A stretch of DNA of 64,000 bases from Naegleria gruberi (taxonomy: Eukaryota), in assembly GCA_000004985.1 (NCBI GenBank), contig GG738879.1. One strand, 5' to 3'. A model generated the notes under the pieces. The model searched no databases. It worked only from the letters and a program-made list of their open reading frames with translations, and was not told the DNA's origin. The position numbers and the translations under genes are program-made. Shown here piece by piece: positions 31,456 through 43,007 of the stretch (position 1 is its first letter; each line of letters opens with the position of its first letter).

Positions 31456-33912
31456 ATGCAGCAAGATCGTTATTCGAAACCCTTCGTTCTGATCTTGTTC
31501 ATTCTGCTTGCAAGTTGCATGTTTGCGAATTGCGACAGTAGCAGCAACGTTTTAACTGTCACTTTTGGAAACAATGTCAAACCGATCATTCAGCAAAATG
31601 TCAAACAATGGATTGACACTCTTCCACTAGATCGATTGACTGGTAAATCTGTTAAACTGTTGATTGGAAATGCAGCTAAATCTTGCATTGATTCAAGTGA
31701 ACTTTCTTCTCTTGGGGAAGATTCGTATATTTTACGAGTGAATAATTCAGAAAGTTTGGTCATTTGCACAGATGGTACTCTTCCGAATGGAGTTTCTTAT
31801 GGAGCTTATGCTATTTTACAAGAAATATTTGGATTTGGATTTCTACATCCTTTCAAAGTTCACACATCTCCTTTAATTGACTTGGCAAAGAATGGTCAAT
31901 TGAATTTGGAAGAAACTTTGAGAAAGTATGGAAGATTGGATGGTATTCCAGCAGTTCATTCACCATTCTTATCAAGAAGAGGAATACACATTCATTCAGA
32001 GCATCCTCTCGAGTTGACCAATTTTCTGAATGGATTTGCAACAAGTGGAGGTTTAAATTACAAAGACAAGAATGAATGGAAGAAGGGATTGACTGAATGG
32101 CAACAATTTTGTGAGTGGATGATTGCTAATAAGCAAACAAGTGTTGAATGGGTTTTACTGTATGCAGATGAATGGATGGAATTTGCAGATTCAATTGAAA
32201 GATTGGAAAGATTGACAGAAATTGTAAATTTGTCTCATTTGTGGGGAATTGAAGTTGGTTTGGATGTTCCAATTGCTATGGAACAGCAACATGCATGGAG
32301 ATTGATTAGAAAATATGGAAATGTCAAGGAGGAAATTCAAGATTTACATCAACACATTGATTATGTCATGAAGGCAGGTTTTGATTTCATTGCCACTGAA
32401 TTGGGATTCTCAGAATTCACACACGGAGATCCCAACAAGATGGTCCTCTGGCTTAATGAAACTGCCATCTATATGGATGAAAAATATGGAAAGACAGTCT
32501 ATGCCAAGGTCCATGTTTCCAAAGGTCAAACTGTGAATAGTTATATTGATCCATTGACTGGAAAACCTGGATGTAATTTCAATTTTTTATCTTACTATGC
32601 TGATTCTAGATTGGGAATAATGCCACATACAGTTCAAATGTTTTCAATGGAGGATCCTGCATACACTTATGGAAATGTCAATTTTACTGACATTAGAGAT
32701 TTTATGTATTTGGAATTGGGAAAGAGAAAGATTATTTTCCATCCAGAAACTGCTTATTGGGTAACTTTTGATATTAATGTTCCATTGTTTTTACCAGTTT
32801 ATGCTCATAGAAGATTTTCTGATATTAGAAATATTGCAAAGCATACTTCCAAGTATGGAATTCCAATTGATGGACAAATGATTTTCAGTTCTGGTTGGGA
32901 ATATGGTTATTGGCTTTCTGATGTATTGACTGCTCGTATGGCATGGAATCCACACTTGGATATTCCAGACGAAACTCTTGCATTACAAACACTCATTGAT
33001 CAAATCACCAAAACTTTTATATTCGACAAGAATGCTCGTTCATCATTCAATCAACTCCTACTCAACCAAATGCAAGAACAAAAAGCATACCTAGTCGATG
33101 GATTAATCTCAGGTAAACCACCTTCCACTCAATTATTAAGGGCGGGAATTGATTACTTAGCTGGATGGGATACTTGGAGTGATTTGAATGATTTTGTAGA
33201 GTCGGTGGCTAATGTTCAAACTGAAACTCAACCAAAGAAAATTCAATTCTATCAGGTTAGTTCAAAAGGAGATCATGGATTGTATGAGAATTCGGTTAGA
33301 CCACTAATTTTTGAAATGACAAATCAATTTAATTTGACACATTTAAAGTATAGGAATTTCCAGAGTCAATATTCATCTGTTTTATTCAAAGGAGAATTGG
33401 AATTGGTAAATGAACTTGCGGATTGCACTCTATTGATTGCTTTGAGATCGAAACTAGTTCTAAGACTATTCGAATATTCTCTATTGAAGAGTAAAATATT
33501 GCCATTCGAACCAGAAACTCCTGCCATGATCTATCAAAGAAGTGATGCGCTATTTGCCATATATCAAGCTCAAAACGTTATCGATGCAAGAATTCTCAAC
33601 TTTCGTCTAGATTCTAATAGAAGTATGTCTTGGGGAGCAAATCCAACTGCCTATTCTTACGGATATTTATGGCACACGAAGAAATTATTCTTTTGGTGGA
33701 GAGATTATGCAAAGGCAATTCTCAATTATCATAATCCATGTTTCATGAATGAGGATAATCCAGCAGATATTGCTTTCGGCGATGGTTTCCCACAAATTGT
33801 TGCAGAAATATTGAAAGATATTTTGGAGAAGGTGAAATATCTTGATTGGGTTGAGGAATGTTTTGCTGTGAATGTTAAAAAGGAACCAACTGTACCTCCC
33901 TTCACTCCTTAA
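31456..33912 (+). CDS. Large secreted protein (signal peptide), possible TIM-barrel hydrolase, family not recognised
   Basis: N-terminus MQQDRYSKPFVLILFILLASCMFANC is signal-like. 818 aa, continuous ORF. Confidence 0.5.
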   Translation: MQQDRYSKPFVLILFILLASCMFANCDSSSNVLTVTFGNNVKPIIQQNVKQWIDTLPLDRLTGKSVKLLIGNAAKSCIDSSELSSLGEDSYILRVNNSESLVICTDGTLPNGVSYGAYAILQEIFGFGFLHPFKVHTSPLIDLAKNGQLNLEETLRKYGRLDGIPAVHSPFLSRRGIHIHSEHPLELTNFLNGFATSGGLNYKDKNEWKKGLTEWQQFCEWMIANKQTSVEWVLLYADEWMEFADSIERLERLTEIVNLSHLWGIEVGLDVPIAMEQQHAWRLIRKYGNVKEEIQDLHQHIDYVMKAGFDFIATELGFSEFTHGDPNKMVLWLNETAIYMDEKYGKTVYAKVHVSKGQTVNSYIDPLTGKPGCNFNFLSYYADSRLGIMPHTVQMFSMEDPAYTYGNVNFTDIRDFMYLELGKRKIIFHPETAYWVTFDINVPLFLPVYAHRRFSDIRNIAKHTSKYGIPIDGQMIFSSGWEYGYWLSDVLTARMAWNPHLDIPDETLALQTLIDQITKTFIFDKNARSSFNQLLLNQMQEQKAYLVDGLISGKPPSTQLLRAGIDYLAGWDTWSDLNDFVESVANVQTETQPKKIQFYQVSSKGDHGLYENSVRPLIFEMTNQFNLTHLKYRNFQSQYSSVLFKGELELVNELADCTLLIALRSKLVLRLFEYSLLKSKILPFEPETPAMIYQRSDALFAIYQAQNVIDARILNFRLDSNRSMSWGANPTAYSYGYLWHTKKLFFWWRDYAKAILNYHNPCFMNEDNPADIAFGDGFPQIVAEILKDILEKVKYLDWVEECFAVNVKKEPTVPPFTP

Positions 33913-33952
33913 TCACCCAATCGACCAATTATTTTCCCTTTTTCCAATAAAA

Positions 33953-35158
33953 CTATTCGAAACTTTTATTTAATTTTACCAATTTAATTTTCAATGCAAG
34001 TAAAAAGCCAATGATCATGATAATGACTAAACAACCTAACGCAGCAATAGCCAATCCATGTGAAATCCTAAACTCGACTATTGGAGCATGAAGATCTTCT
34101 TCAGAGAGGAAACTAACAACTTTCCATTCTCCATTCGAAACAACATTCACATAGAAAGTTTCGCCACTTTCCAGTTCAACCTTTTCCTTATCCAATTGTT
34201 CAAAATATGCACCCTTAAAACGGACAAGTTTCATAATTTCGGCAACTTTAGGTTCGGCACTTTCTTCCAAGGTCTTTCTTTCAGCTCCATATTCTAAAGT
34301 TGAGTTATAATCAAATGAAATATCAAGTTTAGAAGATGATGCAATAATATATCCATCTTTCTCTGTAATGACATAAACAAAAGAGTTGCTTTCAACTTCT
34401 AATTGAAGGAAATCATTCAAATCTGCCAAATCTACATTTCCACATTCAGTAAATGCCTTGAATTTGTAATCCTGAAAGAGAGGACTCACAAGAGAGAGGT
34501 AATAGGCACCAGAAATGTCATAAACTGGTCCGACCCATGTTTCTTCTGATGATTTGTAGGCAATTTTCCATTGTAAAGCTTCATTAGCATTTGCTAGATC
34601 AATTGCATTGAAATCCAAATTCTTCTCATCTCCATTAATATACTCAGTGTTTGATCTTCCATTAATGATATATCCCAAATAGAATTGATCATCACTTGGA
34701 CAGACAGAAAAATAGGAATTCTCTTCCAAAAGCCATGCATAGTCTATTCCTCCATGAATTACTGAAACTCTTAACAGCCATTACCAATTCTTGAACAATT
34801 GCATTGTAATTAGCTTGTCCAGTTCCGTTCACTTTATAGCCAATCTCAAGTTTAAATTCTTGATTGCCAATTTTGGAGCATCAACATAATATTGAAATAC
34901 TTTACCAGATATATCGTTATCTGGAGATATCAAGTTATCAGGAGGAGTGTACAATACACTCGAGGCAATAAGGAATACAAAACCAATCAAGGCAAAGAAC
35001 ATCATGAGGAATAACAAGAAGAAGAGGCATGTTTTCGGGTGGTGGGTTTTCTCACCACTCTGAGCCATCTTTTCCATCATCATGTTAGTGGTAGTGATGG
35101 TATTGATGGTAATTTCATCTTCATTGATTGGAGATGTTGTTGTTGTTGTGTTATCCAT
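33953..35158 (-). CDS. Two-TM protein with about 230-aa extracellular domain and minimal cytoplasmic tails; probably two exons
   Basis: The upstream ORF 34829..35158 (true ATG at 35158; N-terminal TM LFFLLFLMMFFALIGFVFLIASSVL) and the downstream ORF 33953..34729 (C-terminal TM LAIAALGCLVIIMIIGFLLAL) are same-strand and adjacent. The downstream ORF has no ATG (track M is TTG). A candidate intron about 145 nt (GTAAAG...TTTCAG) would join ..PDNDIS to VIHGGIDYAWLLEENSYF... The join is inferred. Confidence 0.35.
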
Positions 35159-35547
35159 CAAAATCTTGTTTGTTTTTTCTCTTTGTGAAATTAAGCATAC
35201 GATTTAACAATACAGTAATAAGCTAATTAGATAAGGCCAATTGGAAGTGAACTTGATACATAAAAATTAACCTTTTCCTTTATGTCCGTAAGAGTTTTTG
35301 CTTTTTTACAATATTATTCAATAATGCATCTCAAAATCGATCATGTTGTGTTTCCTTTCATTCGAATTTAATCCAAATAATATTCAAAACTTTGGAAATG
35401 AAAAATTTATTTGTGTTAATTATTATAAAAATAAACTATATTATGTGTGTGGTGGTATATTTGAATTCAAAAAGGAAATTTAGAGTTCTCTACTAGTAGA
35501 TAAAGAGTTTGTGTGAATGTGAATTATACATGTTGATGAAAAGCAAA

Positions 35548-37257
35548 TTATTTTTGTTGCTTCTTCTTTGCCAATACTTTTGAAACTGAATCAACAAATT
35601 GTTGTCCAAGAACTTTGGTATCCACTGCACAGGTATATTCAACATGAATACTTCTATCAGAATTGTGATTCTTCTCAAGGAATTTGTTCTTTATGAATTC
35701 CTTGGCACTATCATAATCATTACCTCCTGTATATTCTGGTTGATATTTGGAAAGATCTTTAAGAGTTTCAATCTTTTCTCTAAACACATCAGTCTTATTC
35801 AAAAAGAGAATAATATCAGTATCTATATTGATTGAATGAATTTGATGAATTTGATGATTAAATAAATTGAATAGAGATTAGAGGACTAGACAGTAAATAG
35901 TAAACAAACCTTTGAACCAACGGTTATTACAAACATCTTCAAACAAGTACAAGCTTTCGTTTAAACGTTGTGTCGATTCATCTTCATAACACAATTGATT
36001 ATATTCTGATAAACTGCTCACATATAATAAAGCATCAACACCTTCAAAACCTGTCAATTTGTCAAATCACACATTATATTGATTGAATAAATTTGTTAAC
36101 ATTCTAAACTTACAGTGAATCCACTTTTTACGTTCATTTCTCTGACCACCAACATCAATAACCTTTACAGTTTTTTGAATTTCATTCAATTGGAATTCCA
36201 TCTCTGCAATACCAGTTGTCTTCAATCGGGATCTCAAAATATCATCAACAGTTGGAACGTACGATTGTGGATCTTTAATTCTATCCAATGCATTGAAATA
36301 ATAAGCAGCAGAATCAGTAATTTGAATCAAATTTCTTCTCTTGTATGCTTCCTGAATTGCTGGCTCATTCCACAATGATTGAATATCGACAGCAAGAGTT
36401 TCATTCCAATGTTTTTCAATATTGAGAAGAGCATCATCATCCATTCGATTCATCAAATCGGTGGCAATTTTCTGACTGGCCTCCTTCTCAATATTAATAT
36501 TGAATTGTTGAGTGGCTTCTATCAGTGCCTTGATATTCCTCACAATGTTACCATAGATAATTTCTTTAAAGGTGGCACGTTCTTCATCGGTGAATGGTTC
36601 CTTGTGTATAATTCTCATTTGCTTGAAAATTGTACCTATATATTATATTAATATTGATGATAATTATATATATTTAAAAAAGAAGATCATCGTGATGTAG
36701 TATTTTGTTATTATTATTGTTGTTAATTATATGATGATGATATTATTATTAATATAACATGATGATGAAGAGATGAAGATGATGATGATTTGAAGATAGT
36801 CATCATAAACCGTTTGTTATTGTTGTTGTTGTTATTTTGTTATCCCAATCAAAATATCCACACAGCAGCGCACAAGGAAGGTTGAAAACACACAATGAAC
36901 GTTAAATATATCACAGAGTTTCATCATCATTGCAATTGATACCGTCGACAACAAGACAGATAACGATGATGATCGGTGATGAAGATGATGTAGAGGATAA
37001 TTATTTTTCCAAACGTGGTGTGCAAATATCATATCATCACGAATAAATTTAAATAAAAATAATAAAATAATTATCGGGTGATGATTGGAAATTGTTGTTG
37101 TGGTTCGAAAACTTCATATATAGTTTAGCTACATACTTTTACCTGATTCACCGGCACCAATTAACAAGACACTGAGTTTGTTTGGGTCTTTTTTAGACGC
37201 TGGTGCTTGATTGGCTGGTGGTTTAGGTTTACTTTCTTCAGCTCCAAAACATGGCAT
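35548..37257 (-). CDS. Heterotrimeric G-protein alpha subunit, 4 exons, 352 aa
   Basis: Exons are 37137..37257 (MPCFGAEE..KLSVLLIGAGESGK), 36114..36635 (S-TIFKQMRIIHKEPFTDEE...DVGGQRNERKKWIH), 35910..36050 (CFEGVDALLYVSSLSEY..NNRWFK) and 35548..35822 (DTDIILFLNKTDVFREK...TCAVDTK..). Introns are 36636..37136 (501 nt, GTATGT..TATATAG), 36051..36113 (63 nt, GTAAGT..GACAG) and 35823..35909 (87 nt, GTTTGT..ATATAG). Every junction restores a canonical G-alpha motif (GAGESGKST, KKWIHCFEGV, WFxDTxIILFLNK). Confidence 0.9.
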
Positions 37258-37471
37258 TTTCTTCTCACTTTAATTTACTTTCGAATAATAAAAATGTTGA
37301 TGTTTTCAAAACAATTCACAGCAATGTTGTTGATGTTTCTCTCTAGTTGTTTAAAAAAAACAAAAAATCGTCGATTGATGTGAGGGCTGTAACGTTTTTT
37401 TTCTAATGACATTTGACCGGTTGAGGGGAGAATGGTATTTCCCTTCACCACCACAAACAATAAGAAAAACA

Positions 37472-37483
37472 TTTGGCGCCAAA
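37472..37483. promoter_or_regulatory. TTTGGCGCCAAA palindrome about 215 bp upstream of the G-alpha start codon
   Basis: Identical 12-mer to 27792-27803. Confidence 0.4.
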
Positions 37484-38158
37484 CAAGAAATGGATTACAC
37501 AATTGGAGACTTTTTCCAAGTCACCTGTAAAGAGAAAATTCATGAAGAAATTGGTGTGTGAACTGAAGGCAACCAAGTCATGACTTGAAATGTAAATTGT
37601 GTCAAGATCTTTGTGTTGTGTTGAAGAGAGACTTGATTGCATAATGGTTTCTAATAAAGTTCGATAATAGACGAAAGTTGTCGTTTGAGAAATTGTAAAA
37701 GTGACACTTTTTTAGTGCTTCAGTTCACTAACTACTGCATCAATTCTAAACTACAGTTTTTTCCTCATATTCTCATTCCCAAAACTTCAAACCTCAATGT
37801 AACCATCTGACATATTCAAACCATTCACGATTCTCGATTATCACATATGAAAGAGAGGACAGTTCGCACCAATTCATGTGAGCACTATCTCTTAATTTGC
37901 GACTCTAACATACACCTTAAAATTCATATCCAACAGTTCATCAGCAACAACAATATCAGTACGACATCAAGGTGAAAATTTGTGCGTGCGCATCTTTTGG
38001 CTCTAATTGCGATAATGAATCAATTTATTAACTGTATTGTTTGGAGCCGATGATGAAGGATTGAAAAACAATTAGAAAAAAATTGAAACAACAAGAATCA
38101 TTAACTTGCAGAATTACATCAAATTTAATATTTAATAATTTTAAATAATTTCGGAAAA

Positions 38159-39712
38159 ATGTTATCAAATGCATCATCTTCATCATGGAAAGAAATTCTA
38201 TTGAACGGTCATAAGAATAATCAAATCAGCTCATCTCCAGAATTACTCGAAGCACTGAAATGCATGTTGCGAGAATTATACAAAATTCTTCCATTACTTC
38301 ATCAGAAAAAGGGATTTTTCAGTAAGAATATTCAATCGGCAATTAGTGGACAAATTCTGAGTGAGTGCATAGGGAAAGTGATGGGGTCGAGTGGTGAATT
38401 GATTGATTATATTGGAAAGTTGATGATTAAAGAGAAAATGATTGAATTGGATGGAGATTCGGATAGTTTACTTTCAGAAAAGAAGAATGTTAAATTCTTG
38501 CATCCTTATTTACCTAGATTAGTCATTGTTGGAGGTGGACATGCTGGATTGACTAGTGCCATTCAATTACATGAATATTTCTCAATTGTTTTGATTGATA
38601 AGAATGATCACATTTCATTGAAACCTGGTTTTCCAATAATTTTTGATAATGTTGAGAATGCTAACAAGATTTCAGTGAAATATTCTGATTGTATGCCATC
38701 TAGTGTTTCATTTGTTCGTGGATTGACCAAGGTAGTGAGAGAAGACGGTGTATTTATTGAGCTAATTGACAAAGATTCTCAAACTAATCTCTTTAGTGTA
38801 AATACAGAACAAGCTAATGATGAGCTGAAGAATTGTAAATATTTAACATTTGATTATTTGGTCATTTCTACTGGTTGTAATTCATGGAGAAATCTTCCAA
38901 GCTACGATGGCAGAGGAGGTGACAATTCGATTTTCTATGCTGACAGCTATGACATGAACATGCTCAAAGTTGCAGTGAATACCATTTCCCAAAGTGATGA
39001 TTCCAAGGCAGTTGTCTTGATTGGTGGTGGAATTGTTGGTTCTGAATTTTTTGGAGCTCTAGCTCTTGGTTTTCCAAAGAAGAAAATTTACATGATTCAA
39101 AGATCTGAATTATTGATGAAACCTAATCAAGATGCTCACAATATTGCAATGGAAACTTTTGGTAAAATGAAGAATGGAACCATTCTGTTGAATAGTCAAG
39201 TGGATCGTCAATCAGATTCTGAAACTCTGGTTGTAAAATCATTGGAAAGTGGAGAAGAAACATCAATCAAATGCAGTGTTTGCATTTTGGCTTCTGGAAC
39301 TGCTCCAAACTCAACCCTGATGAAAGATTACTTTGCATCTAGCTTGGATGAATATGGATATATCAAAGTTAATTCTTCCTTCCAACTTTTCAAATCAAAT
39401 TCAGAATTTTATAGAAATATCTTTGTTTTGGGAGATGTCAGTAATTTGGATTCTTTGAAATTAATGCAAAATGCAAATTTTCAAGCTGAGAAATTTATTG
39501 AGATTGCCAAGTTGATTCTTCAAAAACAGGAAAAGGATTTACCAACCTATCAATCCAACGATGCTAGAGTTATGGCCGTCTCACTTGGTCCTAAATATGG
39601 ATTTGTAATGAAGGAAGATAAGGTAATGTTCAAATCAGGAATTGTTATCAAATTGAAAGGTTTCATCCAATCCTCTACTGTTAAAGGTTACAGCAAACAA
39701 GCCAAAAAATAA
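38159..39712 (+). CDS. FAD/NAD(P)-binding pyridine nucleotide-disulfide oxidoreductase (AIF/FSP1/NDH-2-like)
   Basis: Two Rossmann dinucleotide motifs: LVIVGGGHAGLTSA and AVVLIGGGIVGSEF. 517 aa. ATG at 38159. Confidence 0.7.
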   Translation: MLSNASSSSWKEILLNGHKNNQISSSPELLEALKCMLRELYKILPLLHQKKGFFSKNIQSAISGQILSECIGKVMGSSGELIDYIGKLMIKEKMIELDGDSDSLLSEKKNVKFLHPYLPRLVIVGGGHAGLTSAIQLHEYFSIVLIDKNDHISLKPGFPIIFDNVENANKISVKYSDCMPSSVSFVRGLTKVVREDGVFIELIDKDSQTNLFSVNTEQANDELKNCKYLTFDYLVISTGCNSWRNLPSYDGRGGDNSIFYADSYDMNMLKVAVNTISQSDDSKAVVLIGGGIVGSEFFGALALGFPKKKIYMIQRSELLMKPNQDAHNIAMETFGKMKNGTILLNSQVDRQSDSETLVVKSLESGEETSIKCSVCILASGTAPNSTLMKDYFASSLDEYGYIKVNSSFQLFKSNSEFYRNIFVLGDVSNLDSLKLMQNANFQAEKFIEIAKLILQKQEKDLPTYQSNDARVMAVSLGPKYGFVMKEDKVMFKSGIVIKLKGFIQSSTVKGYSKQAKK

Positions 39713-39826
39713 ACATTTTCACACACGCTGATAACATTTCAATACTTTTACAAAACTGTTGATGAATCCCATTTAAAAAAACTTTAAAAGGAAAGCATAT
39801 TCCCTAAAGTTTCAAAAAATTAAAAA

Positions 39827-40862
39827 ATGCTTTCTTTTTTACGCAAGGCTTTGACACACAACAATAACAAGAATAATAATAACAATAATAATAATAATAA
39901 TAATACTGATAATAATTATTTTCTTCCCACTGATAGTTTAATAATAATATTTCAATTTCTCAATCAACAAGATTTTATTAAAATTTCATCTGTTTGTAGA
40001 TATTGGAGATTTGTTGTTCAACAACCATTCCGAAAGGAATTTACCAATTATATATTTTACTCTTCTTATTCAATAATTTATGGTAGATGTATTATCAATG
40101 CATTTGAATTTTTTAATTTCTTTTCTTCCATAACATTAGATTTGCATAATACTGTACCTGAATCAACATTTAAAACTCTACTTTCTTCAATGAAATTACA
40201 AAGTTTATTTATAGATTCATGTGTTGTTAAAAATAATATACCATTCAATTCTGTGAAACAATCTAATATTACTGAATTAGGATTAAATTGTTTAATGAAA
40301 AAGAAAGATTTACGTGCTTTATTTACTGTACTTCCAAATTTGAAATATTTAAGTTTAGGAATGAATGTTACAGAATCTTTAATTAGTACAGAATCATTTC
40401 TGAGTACATATTGTCATAAATTAGAAACACTCCATTTACAATTATTACCTGAAAATCAAAAAAAAATTGCAAAATTATTAAATGGAATATTTAATCCATC
40501 AACAACAACAATATCCAATCTCATTGATATTAGAATATTTGTAACAGATAATAATCCAACAAGTAATAGAAAATTAAATAATTTTACATTTGATTTTAAT
40601 TCATTTCCATATTTAAAATATTTATTTCTTGATATTACCTATATTTATACATTGGAATCAATTAGTAATGTATTAAATTCAAATAATATTTCAAAATTAC
40701 AAGAATTTGGATTTGGAACTATTAGAAAATCTATTGAAAAATTACAATTTAATTCTAGTGAAAATTTTAAAAATTTAAAAAAATTATTTTTAAATAGAAC
40801 CGANATGATGACAAATATAGATAATCTTCCTTCATTAGAATTATTATATATAGATGAATATG
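39827..40862 (+). CDS. F-box / leucine-rich-repeat protein with poly-Asn tract; 3' end lost in a 50-N gap
   Basis: NKNNNNNNNNNNNT tract. F-box LPTDSLIIIFQFLNQQDFIKISSVCRYWRFVV. LRR-like L..L..L repeats. Single N at 40803 and gap at 40863-40912. Confidence 0.6.
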
Positions 40863-40912
40863 NNNNNNNNNNNNNNNNNNNNNNNNNNNNNNNNNNNNNN
40901 NNNNNNNNNNNN
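40863..40912. other. Assembly gap (50 N) inside a duplicated LRR gene
   Basis: n run. Confidence 0.99.
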
Positions 40913-41066
40913 ATTGGTTGGTAAAATACTGTGTGTAAAGATTTCTTGCAAGAATCACAGCGTCTTTCAAAATAGATACCTTGTTCCTTGTTATTTTGTA
41001 AAGACATTTTTTTTCGTCTAAAAACTGGCTTTCGACTGAAAATTCGAATCAAAAAAAACACAATAA

Positions 41067-42004
41067 ATGCCAGGTAAGTACTTCCACATCAACCTTGTAA
41101 CTTTTCCATCAACTGCCAATTTTACATCATTTCAGCATCATCACCATCAGTAAAAGTAAGTAGTTTAGCACCATTTATTCAACATAAATTATTCTAATAA
41201 CAAAGAAGAAGACTAAATTAACCATAACATGTTTACCAGAAGCCACATATGAAAAGTTGGCTGACTGTTATCCCAAGGCTGCAGTGGGATGGAAGGATAC
41301 TCAACGAGCGTAAGTAAGCAAATTGTTAGTTATTTATTTGATTTTATATAGACTAAAAAGAGAAGTTATGCAATGTATTCGAATTTACTGTAAGCGAAAA
41401 GGGATTCCCCAAAATGATACTGCCATGAGTTCATGTAAAGATTGTCTGCAATTAACTTTTGGTGAAACATTGTTCAGAAAACATGTTAATGGATTGTCAA
41501 CGGATACATATAAATACGTGCAAAGTATTGTAAGTGAAGTTTATCCTTAAATTATTTATTAATTATTTTCCAACAATTAATTAGAGCTATTGTTATGTCA
41601 GTAAGATATTCAGCAATCTGTGGAGTTCTTTTAAAAGAAAGAGTCTAATAGAATTAAAGAAAAAAGAGAAGCCAAAAAGAAAGAAGAATTCCAATGTAGA
41701 AGTTTCTAATATAGAAGGGGTTCCATCCTCAATTCAAGCAACAGCTATTCAACCTTCTACCTCTTCACCAACAAGAGAACATGTCAGAGCCAACAATGGT
41801 CAATTCTCTTCATTGCAGAACTATGTTGCAGAAGATGAACAAGTTGTTTTTTTAACACTTGTTAAAGATTGGATCAAAAAACCTGACACAAGAGCAACAC
41901 AACCTTCAGCAGACGCAATTAATTTGCTTGATATGGAATCAGATGGTGCAGATCTTTATTCAGATAATGGTCAATCAGACGCAGAAGAAGCACAACAATT
42001 GTAA
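41067..42004 (+). CDS. Intron-rich small gene (5 exons, about 242 aa) encoding a hypothetical basic/acidic protein with possible Cys4 zinc ribbon
   Basis: Exons are 41067..41073 (ATGCCAG), 41136..41155, 41206..41309, 41352..41529 and 41585..42004. The four introns (62, 50, 42, 55 nt) all begin GTAAGT and end YAG, and all phases are consistent. Product is MPASSPSVKKKTKLTITCLPEATYEKLADCYPKAAVGWKDTQRALKREVMQCIRIYCKRKGIPQNDTAMSSCKDCLQLTFG...DMESDGADLYSDNGQSDAEEAQQL. The two track ORFs (41323.., 41813..) are exons 4 and 5. Confidence 0.5.
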
Positions 42005-42436
42005 ATAAATAAATCAGTTTTACTCAAATTATGAAAATTGTAATGGTCAACAGAGTAAATTAAGGGAAACTTTCAGTCAAATACCAACACACTAAAAGCC
42101 GCATAGAAACAGAATGTTCACCGAATAGTCACTGAATGTTTACCATATAATAACTGAATGGTTACTGAATATTTATTGAATAGTTACCCACCAATTTCAT
42201 TCCTTTACCCAACAATCAACCGACTACCAACCAACTAACACTGAACTAAAACGGTCAGGAGAGTATGGGCTGATATTCGATTAATTTCTGGAAAATCGTT
42301 CAGTTGTTTTCGGAAACAAGTTGGGGAAAATTAGGGTTGTAGTCGGTGATAGTAGGGTTGTGGATGGGGTTTAGACGGAACATAGCCAACTAAAAACCAA
42401 CTATAACACTGTCTATTACCCAAGTACTCCACTCTT

Positions 42437-43007
42437 AGGTTAATGAAAAAGAAAGATTTACGTGCTTTATTTACTGTACTTCCAAATTTGAAATATTTAA
42501 GTTTAGGAATGAATGTTACAGAATCTTTAATTAGTACAGAATCATTTCTGAGTACATATTGTCATAAATTAGAAACACTCCATTTACAATTATTACCTGA
42601 AAATCAAAAAAAAATTGCAAAATTATTAAATGGAATATTTAATCCATCAACAACAACAATATCCAATCTCATTGATATTAGAATATTTGTAACGGATAAT
42701 AATCCAACAAGTAATAGAAAATTAAATAATTTTACATTTGATTTTAATTCATTTCCATATTTAAAATATTTATTTCTTGATATTACCTATATTTATACAT
42801 TGGAATCAATTAGTAATGTATTAAATTCAAATAATATTTCAAAATTACAAGAATTTGGATTTGGAACTAATAGAAAATTTATTGAAAAATTACAATTTAA
42901 TTCTAGTGAAAATTTAAAAAATTTAAAAAAATTATTTTTAAATAGAACCGAAATGATGACAAATATAGATAATCTTCCTTCATTAGAATTATTATATATA
43001 GATGAAT
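42437..43007 (+). repeat. About 570-bp segmental duplicate of 40292-40862
   Basis: Aligned by eye with only a handful of substitutions. Copy 1 is interrupted by an N gap at exactly the point where copy 2 continues. Confidence 0.8.

Noticed and set aside
36832-37032. 66-aa ORF inside the G-alpha first intron
   Set aside because: It lies wholly within a well-supported intron on the same strand, consists of microsatellite-derived codons, and is spurious.
40925-41066. Possibility that the 5-exon gene region (40925-42440) is a transposon insertion separating the two LRR copies
   Set aside because: There are no terminal repeats, target-site duplication or transposase-like product. The gene has normal host-like splice signals. 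It is treated as an ordinary gene lying between duplicated segments.
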